Assembly (NCBI GenBank): GCA_965644295.1
Contig: CBFFRP010000542.1
Location: 1-36,810, forward strand
Reading direction: 5' to 3'
DNA: 36,810 nt
From: Paraphysomonas bandaiensis
Taxonomy: Eukaryota > Protista > Chrysophyceae
The position numbers and the translations under genes were made by a program. Below are positions 1 to 10,391 of this stretch, piece by piece (position 1 is the first letter of the stretch; the number at the start of each line of letters is the position of its first letter). A model generated the notes under the pieces. It had not been told where the DNA came from and did not search any database. It saw only the letters and a list, made by a program, of their open reading frames with translations.

Positions 1-223
1 AAGTGTTGTTCTGTTTGTACACTAGTGTTCTGACTTCACTGGAGGTGGGGTTTGCGCGGTGATTCTTGGAGGGGGTCACTAGTACAAGCTTACAACGCTT
101 GACATACTGTTTAGAGTAATAATCATCCTGTTCTCCTGCAATCAGACATACATACAGCTCTGGTTAACTCATTGTGTTTGTTTCTGCTACACAGCCTTGG
201 TTATCAAACCTGGCTGTGTCACA
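1..223 (+). repeat. Probable 3' portion of the 5' LTR of element A
   Basis: No second LTR is available for comparison. Boundary inferred from shared architecture with element B: hairpin ACACAGCC...GGCTGTGT, then CACA|GTAATTAATTACTAC vs CATA|GTAATATTACTAC. Confidence 0.55.
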
Positions 224-750
224 GTAATTAATTACTACAAAAAGCAGATCAGCGCTGATAGTAATTGTTACACATACACCTCATTTTGCGATATTTGCAA
301 CACTTGTTGTTCTTGCACATTAGAATACTGAGCCTGGCCTTTATTAGCCTCCTCGTATTCGAATAGTCCTTAGAGTCTATAGATTGCATACCAGTGCAAG
401 CTTAGGTATTAAGGAGTGATATCTTGCAGTGTTTGAGAATACATATCCGTGAGCGCAGACTCCGTTAGACTGCGTCGTTAAGAGTGTACCTTGAACACTG
501 CAACAAACTCAACATTTTGGAAAACTGCTCTTATCGCATTGACAACTGACCGTCTGCGAAATGAGTAGATACCACAATTATTGAGTGGGTGAGATAGACC
601 TTGTAAGAGACTTGCAATACAATTTTATCGCATAGACAACTGACTGCCTGCGAAATACTTGTACAGCAATATCTACATAGTTTGATCTTGCGATAGCTCC
701 AATAAACCTGAGCCCAAGCTGTCCTGTAATTAATAAGACCGCAATTCAAA

Positions 751-2553
751 ATGTCTACTCCTAGTGGCAAAAGGACCAGCAAGAAGCCGTCCACTGCTCC
801 ACGGCGTCCTAAACCAGTGGTACAGGAGGACTCACCAGATAAAATAGATGAAAGTCAATACGAAGAAGCGCCCATGATGCCTTCACCTTCTGCCCCAGCA
901 TCCTCAGCAACCCAACAGATTCTGGACTCAGTACAGGAGATCCAAGATACCCTGGGACAAGTAGCCTTTGCGATATCCAACCTAGACAGTAGGGTACAAG
1001 CTCTGGAGAGTTCTAAGAGAGCAGATACACCTGATTCACCAGACACCCAGAGTGATGACACACCTGATTCATTCAGCAGCAAGGGCATTAAAGCAAATAC
1101 CACACCCAGGGGAGTCACTAAGCGTGCTAAGAAAGACCGACCAAAACCCCGTTATTCCACTTTAGGAGATCTGGCTACATTCAGGAGATTGCCAGAGAAG
1201 AAAGAGCAACTGAGTGAGGAGAGCTCCGACTCAGAGCTTGAGGAAGAGGCAGAAGAACATTTGGGGCGTCTTGCCAGTGTTTTTGGAGAGAAACGTCCAG
1301 GAAAGTTCTTCCGGAATTTGAAACGCAGCGCCAAGGTGGCCCAAGCTAAGACTGTCAATATAACTAGGCTGGAGAAGAAGTGTCACGTCAGGATTGAGAC
1401 ATTCAAACTTGGTAGAGTTTCAAGGGCGATCAAGGAGATTCTGGATTTCCAAGAAGAGGAAGAAACAGAAGTCCGCATCCAGAAAGTTTTATCTAGAAAC
1501 CTGAAGGATCACTTGCGTTCCGTCTATGATATTCAACACGCAGAATTAGCTAGCATGGACATATCTGACCTCATGAGAATCGTAGCCCTAGAGACGAAAG
1601 TTTTCAGCTGTGTTGGGTTTTACAACGAGCTGAAAGAATCTCTCAGCCATATGAAGGTCATGGAGTGGGACAATGTCAACGCTGTCAATTTTGAAGCCTT
1701 CTATTTTCAACAACTTCGTTTGATAGAATCCTTTAAAAGGATGTTGTCTATCATGTTGGAAAATGAAAGCAACAGGCGTTGGTGTCCACAGGCTGATGAC
1801 AAGGAATACGGCCTTATTAGGCTATTTAAAACCCTGAACGACGTCACATATGTGAAATTTGTTCTAGGTTGTATTCCGAAGAAGAAGTTCGACTTTATGG
1901 AAGACTTCTTCAAACTATATACGGAGGTACTGTTAGACCATTACCAGATCACGATTGCTTATAAACAGTTGCCCTTCAAAGCAACCGTGCAACATCAGGC
2001 GAAGTATGAGGAATACATGAAGCGCAAGCGTGAAATGTTTTCTAGACCTAAGCCTGGAGTGGCAAAGAATTCCACTAGCACCCACTCTTCTACCAGGTTA
2101 TTTAACATGGAAGAGGAACAGGCTTCTTTTTCTTCAAATGAATTTTCTCATGATGAAGAAGATTTATGGGATGCCTATGGGGATACATGGAAAAGCAACA
2201 ACCACAGTACCGATGTTCCTACTGGCGGCAAACCTAATGGCGAGCCAGCGACCGAAACTTCTGAAGAGAAAGATACATCCGACTCAGAAGGAGCTTTGCA
2301 AGCTATGGATGGCCAGAATCCATCTCATAAACCCAAACAAGAGAAGTATGGGTGCATGAGAAAAATCATGTATGGCAAGTGCGACAAGAGTGATTGTCGT
2401 TATAGCCATAATCCTAGAGCTCTCGCCAATACCGCTTCGGAATTGGCTGAGAAATCCCAAGCTTATTTGAAGACCACTTCTTCAACTTCGGGGTCTCAGG
2501 ATAAACCTCCTGCTATTTTAAGGAGAGATCGCTTCGGCGACTCTCGTCCTTGA
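751..2553 (+). CDS. gag: Gag of element A (600 aa), N-terminal coiled coil, C-terminal CCCH zinc finger
   Basis: Lies upstream of the protease and aligns with ORF 34096-35565 (ETKVFS/ETKVLS, WDNV/WKSV, CP...KEYG/CP...KEFG). C-x8-C-x4-C-x3-H at 2353-2409. Confidence 0.85.
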   Translation: MSTPSGKRTSKKPSTAPRRPKPVVQEDSPDKIDESQYEEAPMMPSPSAPASSATQQILDSVQEIQDTLGQVAFAISNLDSRVQALESSKRADTPDSPDTQSDDTPDSFSSKGIKANTTPRGVTKRAKKDRPKPRYSTLGDLATFRRLPEKKEQLSEESSDSELEEEAEEHLGRLASVFGEKRPGKFFRNLKRSAKVAQAKTVNITRLEKKCHVRIETFKLGRVSRAIKEILDFQEEEETEVRIQKVLSRNLKDHLRSVYDIQHAELASMDISDLMRIVALETKVFSCVGFYNELKESLSHMKVMEWDNVNAVNFEAFYFQQLRLIESFKRMLSIMLENESNRRWCPQADDKEYGLIRLFKTLNDVTYVKFVLGCIPKKKFDFMEDFFKLYTEVLLDHYQITIAYKQLPFKATVQHQAKYEEYMKRKREMFSRPKPGVAKNSTSTHSSTRLFNMEEEQASFSSNEFSHDEEDLWDAYGDTWKSNNHSTDVPTGGKPNGEPATETSEEKDTSDSEGALQAMDGQNPSHKPKQEKYGCMRKIMYGKCDKSDCRYSHNPRALANTASELAEKSQAYLKTTSSTSGSQDKPPAILRRDRFGDSRP

Positions 2554-3207
2554 GATAAGGAGGTTAACATGATTGAGGACCTAGAAGAACATGTGATCAG
2601 TGTTTGTGATGGGAATGATGATTGTGATTATCTCCCAGAGGCTAAAACATTGAATACTACTTCTTCAAAGGTCCATTTCAAGGATGGAGCTAAGCTGTAT
2701 GCTTCATATCCTTCAGCCAAGAAATTTTCATCAGCACATACTGTAGGTAGAGTAATTATAGACAAGAAGTTCGGAGTGGAAGAATTAGTGAAAGTTTTAT
2801 GTGACACAGGAGCCCTATCCGCTAACTACGTAGCACGTGATCTTGTGGATAGATTGCGTACCAAGCTAGAACCTAGCAGGTTCTACAAGGTCAAACACCG
2901 TGTGGTTTTGGCAGACAGTAGAACCGTAAAGGATCTTGACGAAGGGGTTCGATTGAACTTAGTGTTTACCGATCCCAAGAGTCACACTTACCAGTACACT
3001 GGTGAGTTCATCGTGATCGACATGTCATCTAATGACATTATTTTGGGACTACCAGCCCTCACTGGGAAGCTATACCCTTTCATGTGTGCTGTCATGGAGC
3101 AGGCCCATGAGAATCATCTCGAAGATTCGGCTCAAGGGAACCATAATTTGAGTTACCTCCTCCTCGAGAACCTCCAGACAAACCATCTCCCCTCCCTTCG
3201 TCTCTGA
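2554..3207 (+). pseudogene. pol: Truncated pol of element A: aspartic protease only
   Basis: DTGA catalytic motif and IILG motif. In frame with gag after a TGA; first ATG at 2569. The last ~15 codons run into unrelated sequence. Confidence 0.85.
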
Positions 3208-4039
3208 TACCTTGCCGTCATCTTCCTTCCACACACACTCTTTGCCTCAGCCTGTACCCCGCTTCACCAACACAGACACTAACAATGGCAGCTGAGGACG
3301 TCCGAGTCTCTCCTCTAGACCATCATGATCATCTCGTGCATAGGTCTATCAGAGTACCCGACCTTAACAGACCTAGTTCTGTTGCGCAGTCCCACCCTCC
3401 TCAATCAGATGTTGCCTCTTTTGCACCATCTCACTCCCTCTCGACTCCCTGTTGCTGGACACACCGGATGACCCTCATATCCAACTCCTGTCCAGCTATA
3501 CACTCTCTTGCATGTGCTCTCTACCGCTGGCTAAGACAGCAAAAGAGTCAATTTCGACGCTTCTTCACAGTAGGCCATAACCTTTTGCAAGACCTTCATC
3601 CACATACCTCCGAGCCACTTGGCACAATGCCTAAAGGAAGGCCACCAGATCGCCAATCTCAGCAGGGTATAGTACTGTTTCCTCTGGTTGCCGTGAGGTA
3701 CATAAGGCAGTCTCCGAGGCAAATTGCACACAATGTATGTGTAGTCATATAGCGAGTGGAGTCTCATCCCAAGGGGAGACCTCCAGATCACACGCGCCGG
3801 CGAGTCCCAGGACACACGAGCATGGCGAGCCTCATAACACACACTAAGAACAGAAGTGGTCGCACCTTGGTGCTTGCGGCGACGCACAAGCAGCTTCCGT
3901 AGCGTTAAATAGTAGGATAACGGAATTTGTATTGATTCGTTACGGGTAGAGGTCTAACTAGTATGTCTAGCATTCAACTAGCCACTACATTGGTGCAGGT
4001 TCTTAACGCCTATTGCTACATAAAAAGACTTTTAATATA
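3160..4039 (+). mobile_element. 5'-truncated non-LTR retrotransposon fragment (3' end)
   Basis: 3771-4039 is clearly homologous to the reverse complement of 26389-26655, the 3' UTR of the RNase H-bearing non-LTR element. The 5' boundary is approximate. Confidence 0.7.
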
Positions 4040-4470
4040 AGCTAGATCACAGAGAGAATTTGTCGTAAGACTAGATAGGTTAATTAATACCGTTTACACG
4101 AAGTTGTGATAACCAACACTAACTCATTTTAATCCACGCATAATATCCTACCTACGCGAACCTCTCGTTACTGAACATATCTTGAAAGATCAAACTATTT
4201 CAGTTTCTCAATATCATCACAGCATTTGTACATCATTATAATTTCACTGTATTCTCGTACATTGTCTTCAAGTGACATACTGAATATACTAGAATAAGAT
4301 ACATATTCTAATAACGAAAGTATTTGACTTAATAATTACAATTCTGTCTTGGGAGTACATATATGGGAACTAAGCATTGTGTGCAACAAAGCAAGGTTAA
4401 GGTTTAAGTAGTACAAGGTTAACCCTCTGCCTACAATTACCTCACCAGTTCACACGTGTGTATGTTGTTG

Positions 4471-5638
4471 CTACAGAGTCGTGATGAGTTCGCTAGAATC
4501 GGCTGCTAGCTGCGCTCTCATCTGCTGCTCGTCACTATCCAGTTGTGAGTCCAGCTTTTCTATTAAGCCAATAAGTCCCTGATGTCCACCAAGTGACTGA
4601 ATATGATTTACTATTTCTTGCCGCAGCCCACGTAAAACTTCGCGAGTGTAAGTCAGTGACCCTGACTCGATCATCAGCTGGACTGCATATCTTTTAATGC
4701 CATCATCAGATGTGCGTTGTCTAAGAATATTCAGTAGTCGAGAGTCTCCCGGGCACGAGTTGATGGCATGCAAAATAGGAAAAGAAAATTTCCCTTCAGT
4801 CAAGTCCTCGCAGAACGATTTCGTTTGCATGTAGGACACACTACATATGTTAAGCATCAAATATGAAATTTATAATTTGAGCTTACTAACCTGGATATGT
4901 TCACGTAGTCATCTCTTATTTGAAAATAAAGTCCCAGAGCATTAAGAAGCTCTGTAAAGTCGGTAGTACAGTTACTGAAGGACTGCATTAGCCCGACGGC
5001 CAGGCGAAACAAGCCTCCAGTTTTGTTTAGAACCATCGCCCTATACTCGTCCTCTGCAACAGCGTAACTTTACATATCACAATAAATGGTCATGTGCTAC
5101 CTGAGGGACACTTACACTGCTCCCTCCAGAGACTGTAAGAAGTGCAACGTCAGTGTCAGTGCATACTGCGATATAGTTGTGGAGAGGATATACTTACATA
5201 TCGTATCCTTGTCCCCTATGGAGGTTCAGCATCTCTCTCACATACACACGCATCGCATCTGCGGAGTTCAATTCATGACACTGCTCCAATGCTATGAAGT
5301 ATACGTAGTTCGCGCAGTTGATAGTGTTCGGTGTACCATCTGAAATATAAGTACGAATGAATTTCGATATAACAATATGATATAACGATGCGCATACATA
5401 TGGAGTGTGCCACAGGAACACCACGTCGCATTTTGCTGTTATCTTCAATATCATCCACCAGCAAGCTTGCATTGTGTAGAGTCCCAATTATAGATTTCAC
5501 TACTTCTACCTTGTCCTCTGGAATGCGTAGCCAGGTCTGAAAGGAATCCACAAGCAAACCTCGCACATCCTTCCCAGGAATTCTACTTAAGTAGTGGTAC
5601 GGCTCCAAGATAGAGTAATCGTTTACATACTTCTCCAT
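4471..5638 (-). CDS. GGPS1: Geranylgeranyl diphosphate synthase (GGPS1/type III-like), 5 exons: 5638-5398, 5339-5198, 5132-5101, 5053-4891, 4840-4471
   Basis: The spliced frame is continuous across four GT-AG introns of 47-65 nt. Motifs: GKDVR, LHNASLLVDDIEDNSKMRRG, LHRGQG, KTGGLF, FQIRDDY, EDLTEGKFSFP. Confidence 0.95.
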
Positions 5639-5887
5639 CACAGTTACAGTTTGACCCCTGTGTTGTTGCTCTCACAATTAATGCTTGTAGCTCAATTGTT
5701 GTTTAGGAGTCCAGTTGGTGGAATTCACTCCAACACTTTTCACCAAACTGAAAAGTGACTGTTTAAGATTCCTATGTGAAAAGTTATGTTTTGTGGATGG
5801 AGTTTTGAAGAAAAACAACTTATGAATTGATGAATCACCGCAATGAAAGTCATTCAGTGACATATCAGCTTTCACACAGTTCTAGCC
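5639..5887. promoter_or_regulatory. Probable bidirectional promoter and 5' UTRs between GGPS1 and RPL18a
   Basis: Only 249 bp separate two divergent start codons. No specific elements assigned. Confidence 0.6.
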
Positions 5888-6609
5888 ATGCCAACTAAGG
5901 TTGTCTTAAATGCTTTTCTCAAGCCTGTGCTGATATATGTTTTTGTATAGATGCGCCTTTTCCAGGTTGTCGGCCGCAAGGCCCCAACCCCTAACGATGA
6001 ATCTCCCCAGATTTATCGCATGAAGCTCTTCGCTCCTAATGAAGTGAATGCCAAGTCCCGCTTTTGGTACTTCATGCATCAGATGCGCAAGATGAAGAAG
6101 ACGACTGGCGAGATCCTTGATGTTAACGAAGTATGCTTGTTATCAGAGCTCTGTGGATTGTTATTTGTTGTTTATTGTTCTGTTCTCTATAGATTACTGA
6201 AAAGAACACCAACTACGTCAAGAACTATGGTATTTGGATCAAGTATAACTCTAGAAGCGGCACACACAATATGTACCGCGAGTACAGAGACGTGAGCCTC
6301 AATGCTGCTATCGATACCCTCTGTAAGTTTGACATGTCTATGACCCGCTGTATTTCTACACACGCTTTTCATGTATAATATTTATGTCGTGCAGACAATG
6401 ATATGGCTGGTCGTCATCGCTCTCGATTCCAGTCTATTCAGATCATCCGCACCGCCACTGTTAAGTCTTCTGATTGCAAGCGTGTGACCACCACTCAGTT
6501 CCACGACTCCAAGCTGAAATACCCCTTGCCCCACAGAGTTGTTCGCCCTACCACTAAGCAGCTGCGCTCCAAGTACTTGGCCACCAGACCATCCACTCAT
6601 TTCAATTAA
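5888..6609 (+). CDS. RPL18A: 60S ribosomal protein L18a (eL20), 4 exons: 5888-5899, 5951-6130, 6193-6322, 6395-6609
   Basis: [80 protein letters not shown] introns restore the frame. Confidence 0.97.
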
Positions 6610-7012
6610 TTGGATACTTATGCGGTTTTGGCTAGATAGCATCTTGGTGCCTGTTGCTGTTTTGCACTGTATTTAAGATGATATAAGAAGAAAGCTTTGT
6701 CATAGCAGTCCTATTTCATGTGGGGATTTCATGGGGGGACCACGCACACATAAACGCAGCTTTGCTCATGCAAGGTACAGACTAAGAAAATACTGATTCA
6801 AGTAGGGGTGGCTGACAGGGCTGTGCATATCAATGTCTATCAATTAATTTACGCAGGCTGTAGTCAATTCTAATTGCAATTATTACTTACTGTCTCAATT
6901 TCAATTATTGCAATTAATGTGCAATTATTAGTACTAAACTACATTAGCTGCCTACAAGCTACCTCAACTTTCATTTCATTCCAGAGGCGACGGTTCATGC
7001 TGCGGGTTGCGG

Positions 7013-7280
7013 TGTTGAGTTTTGCTGTTTGAGCAATTAAAAGCTGTAATTCTAAGATATTGGAATTATGACGGTTACTGGAGAATACAGTAGTGATGAG
7101 CTGTATTATGAGAAGTGATATCATGACGATGTAAGATCGTACTAGAAATGAGTGGTAGTAGAGATAACGTGATATATTGCTTATTATATTTATTTTAATC
7201 TTCTCTTATCTTAACTTGAATCATGAGTGAATACACGTCCAGTTAACTTAGTAATCATCCAATTGTGTCATAACTTGACA
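7013..7280 (+). mobile_element. Solo LTR related to the copia element, opposite orientation, diverged
   Basis: TGTTGAG...TTGACA ends flanked by 5-bp TSD TGCGG (7008-7012, 7281-7285). The first ~150 bp match the reverse complement of the copia LTR (TGTTGAGTTTTGCTGTTTG; TGACGATGTAAGATCGTACTAGAAATG). Confidence 0.9.
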
Positions 7281-7478
7281 TGCGGTAAGGAGTTTGCTGA
7301 TTGAGACGTGTAATAACCAGCTATTAGGTTATTCTAGTCTACAAGCTCTCTATTGTATATGCTTAAGTTTGTACATACTATCTGTGCAAACATAGATTGA
7401 ATATTATTATTATTGCCATAACTCACACTAAGATATATGATATATTATGACTATGACAATTCGGGATCTATTATTGAA

Positions 7479-7615
7479 CCTAGTCAAATTGGAGTAATTT
7501 CCTAGTCACACCAAAATTGGTGTAAAAACCTAGTCAAGCGGTTGAAAAACCTAGTCATTTAATAATTCATATTTTCAGTTTACAATGACTAGGTTTTATG
7601 GTATTCACCTAGTCA
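7479..7615. repeat. CCTAGTCA motif cluster 1
   Basis: Forward copies at 7479, 7501, 7529, 7550, 7608; inverted copy at 7586-7593. Confidence 0.8.
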
Positions 7616-8365
7616 AAAATAAAAATTTTCATTCAAACATGGGAGCATACTCTATCCATCAATTGATAAATGTAGATATTGTATACATGCAATACATAAC
7701 ATTATAACGTTGCATTCCAATGAGAAATTGGTGACCATGTCCGGTGCAATTCCATAGCTTCCCAAGGGCCATGACATCGGTGGGTTCACCGTTGATGAGG
7801 GACCTCGCTGCATTGTGAGTCTTGATGGAGATCAACATGTGCTTCACATCAATGTTCCCTGAGCACATAATTAAGATATGTAGAGAGTTATAAATGTATT
7901 TTACATACCTCACAAGCGATATTGGGTTTGCACTTGATTATCAAGGGATCTCCCGTACAACATACATAATATTATACTGTGATGTCTGTCATACAATGAT
8001 TAGCACTCACAAGATTGTAAAAAGTATTGTGTCATACAATGATTAACAGTCACAAGAACGCAAAATATATTGTAATATATAAATGCAGAGTACATATCTA
8101 TTGCACATACCTCACTAGAGGTAGGATCAATAGCTGCTAGTACCCACAGCGCGGGCAGTTGTAGACAAGAACGATAATAATATAGGTTTCGCTCTTGATT
8201 TTGTAAGCTTCCTCCCTTACAGCATATATATGCTGTGGTACCTATAATACAGTGATCCGTACTCTACTAAAACGCATCAGTACAATATAAAACCTAGTCA
8301 TATACTTACAGTTCAGAGGACCTGAATCCAAAATACGACATACCCATAAGCCAGTCTGAAAGCAA

Positions 8366-8831
8366 GATGCTGTAAGACTGATGACACACTCATGATGCTG
8401 TAAGACTGATGACACACTCATGATACTGTAAGACTGATGACACACTCATGATACTGATGTTCTGATGACACACTCATGATACTGTAAGACTGATGACACA
8501 CTCATGATGCTGTAAGACTGATGACACACTCATGATACTGTAAGACTGATGACACACTCATGATACTGTAAGACTGATGACACACTCATGATGCTGTAAG
8601 ACTGATGACACACTCATGATGCTGTAAGACTGATGACACACTCATGATGCTGTAAGACTGATGACACACTCATGATACTGTAAGACTGATGACACACTCA
8701 TGATACTGTAAGACTGATGACACACTCATGATGCTGTAAGACTGATGACACACTCATGATACTGTAAGACTGATGACACACTCATGATGCTGTAAGACTG
8801 ATGACACACTCATGATGCTGATGTTCTGATG
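8366..8831. repeat. 28-bp minisatellite, 16 full units plus a partial unit
   Basis: Unit GAT(G/A)CTGTAAGACTGATGACACACTCAT. A variant with CTGATGTTCTG occurs in unit 4 and in the terminal partial unit. Confidence 0.97.
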
Positions 8832-9617
8832 CTGCTCTACAGTCCACTTCAATGATACTGCTTTTAGAAGTTTGTTCCCTGAAAACCTCCTTTTTTTTCC
8901 GTTGGACTAAAAATAGGGAGATTTATGCACCCCTGAAAGCCAATGCAGCAATCGAAGTCATTCATTCAGTTCTGAAGTGAAGGAAGATGAGCGCCATCAC
9001 TCCCAGCATATGAAGATCTCAAGATGTCCTGCGGATCATAGAGTGAGTTATACCCACAGCTTCATGGACCCTCCTCCCCATAACACTCACAGGGACCATC
9101 GCTATATGCATACATGCTACAGATAGGCTAGATAGACATACACGTACATCTGTGTTATGTAGATATGTATATATGAGCTTATTGTTATGTTTGAGTGTTT
9201 GTTTTGATGCTCTGTAAGCCACTAATATATTGTGTGGTGTGAGATGGTATCTTAGACAGTCACAGTGTGTAATCAATGGATATAAGAACAACTTCTAAAT
9301 ATTGAGTGTCAATTGATATTTGATAACTTAACACGTCAGTTAGAAGGAGAGGTAGTGTAGGACTATCTACCTATATACAGAGTATATATATATGTCCTGT
9401 ATCATATGATTAAGTGTAGTACAGTATATACATCAGGGATAGGGAACAATATATTGTATTGCAATATACATTGTACAATATATTGTAAAATTTATTGATT
9501 GGTGGACTGGTCAAATATTCCATCAATGTTGTTTCTGTTAAAGTAGCTCACAATATATTGCAATATATAACAATCAATATTATGGTAGTCATATACAGAA
9601 AGGGAAATATTATTCAA

Positions 9618-9701
9618 CCTAGTCAAATTGGTTGAATTACCTAGTCACGCTATTTTTGGTGGAATAACCTAGTCAAAGTAATAAATGACTCAACCTAGTC
9701 A
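9618..9701. repeat. CCTAGTCA motif cluster 2
   Basis: Copies at 9618, 9640, 9668, 9694. The first three have the same 22/28-bp spacing as cluster 1. Confidence 0.8.
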
Positions 9702-9714
9702 ACTTTGGTAATAA

Positions 9715-9935
9715 TTAATCTTCCTCCTCATCAGCAGTATAAACAACATTTTGAGGTAAAAAATTCCGTACGTAGTTATCTGGATGTTGAGTTAGAAAAT
9801 TATGTAGAGCATACGATTTCCTGACGTTAGCCCAAGGTTCCCATGTGGGAATCTCATACCCTATCCAATGTACTAAGTATTTAGATAGGGCCTTTATTTT
9901 AGAAATATGGTGTACAGCATAAAAATTTCCATCCC
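9715..9935 (-). pseudogene. Terminal chromodomain-encoding segment cut off by the copia insertion
   Basis: FYAVHHI...KYLVHWIGYEIPTWEPWANV matches the chromodomain consensus. The start of the track ORF lies in the LTR and is an artefact. Candidate splice acceptor TTTATAG just upstream. Confidence 0.7.
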
Positions 9936-9944
9936 TATAAACAG

Positions 9945-10264
9945 TGTTAGAAATAGACATTTTTAGTAATAAGACCTTTGTTAACACTTATATGGAATAT
10001 TATATAATTATAAGAGATACCATACTTCATTCATTGACGTTCACCAACTCTTTCTATCTCTACTACACCAACCATTTCTAGTACGATCTTACATCGTCAC
10101 TATCTTGTACAGTCAGTATATTTCAGTTTTATCACTACAATGGCTATCATATTATTGGTTCTCATACTACAGCTAGCTACTACTGTATTCTTTGAGTAAC
10201 GGATATAATTCTAATATCTTGGAAACTACAGCTTTTAATTGCTCACAAACAGCAAAACTCAACA
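9945..10264 (-). repeat. Copia 3' LTR
   Basis: Direct repeat of 22632-22951 with no differences seen by eye. Preceded on the minus strand by purine tract GAGAGGGAG (10265-10273). Confidence 0.97.
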
Positions 10265-10391
10265 CTCCCTCTCAATTCAAAGCTGTAACACATGGCATAA
10301 CTGACGGATACGCAACCACCGAAACCGTATAGGACAAACCGGTGGACGTATGGCTCCGACGTTTCAGCTAGCCTCTCCGTAGACAACACGT

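Larger units (their letters stand above)
1..3160 (+). mobile_element. Ty3/gypsy LTR retrotransposon A, 3'-truncated (partial 5' LTR, leader, gag, protease)
   Basis: Gag and protease are homologous to element C (LCDTGALSANY vs LFDTGALTSNF; NDIILGLPA vs NDIIIGLPA). Pol homology stops near 3160 and the remainder is not seen in the window. Confidence 0.88.
6963..8345 (-). pseudogene. Possible disrupted intron-containing gene remnant of unknown identity
   Basis: Removing the solo LTR restores an exon-like frame (WLLHVSISKLLTATRSMNRRLWNEMKVE) between AG and GT. A second exon-like block lies at ~7700-7858 (NIDVKHMLISIKTHNAARSL...). No family recognised. Confidence 0.3.

Noticed and set aside
2551-2553. 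UGA reassigned as a sense codon in this organism
   Set aside because: The long intact ORFs contain no internal TGA, and the RING gene appears to terminate at TGA.
2556-2571. Perfect Shine-Dalgarno-like TAAGGAGGT just before the pol ATG of element A
   Set aside because: The context is eukaryotic with spliceosomal introns, and the motif is absent in element C. Best treated as coincidence within the D-K-E-V codons.
4040-4340. Possible additional solo LTR (TATCTTG...TATTTCAGTTT resembles the copia LTR)
   Set aside because: No TG...CA pair with a matching TSD could be found.
8366-8831. CRISPR array, hammerhead ribozyme or C/D snoRNA cluster (units contain CTGATGA)
   Set aside because: No unique spacers or cas genes, no GAAA core partner or stems, and the units are too short for snoRNAs.
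9342-9420. Purine tract followed by GGTAG|TGTA, resembling the polypurine tract/LTR junction of element B
   Set aside because: No pol remnant upstream and no LTR similarity downstream.
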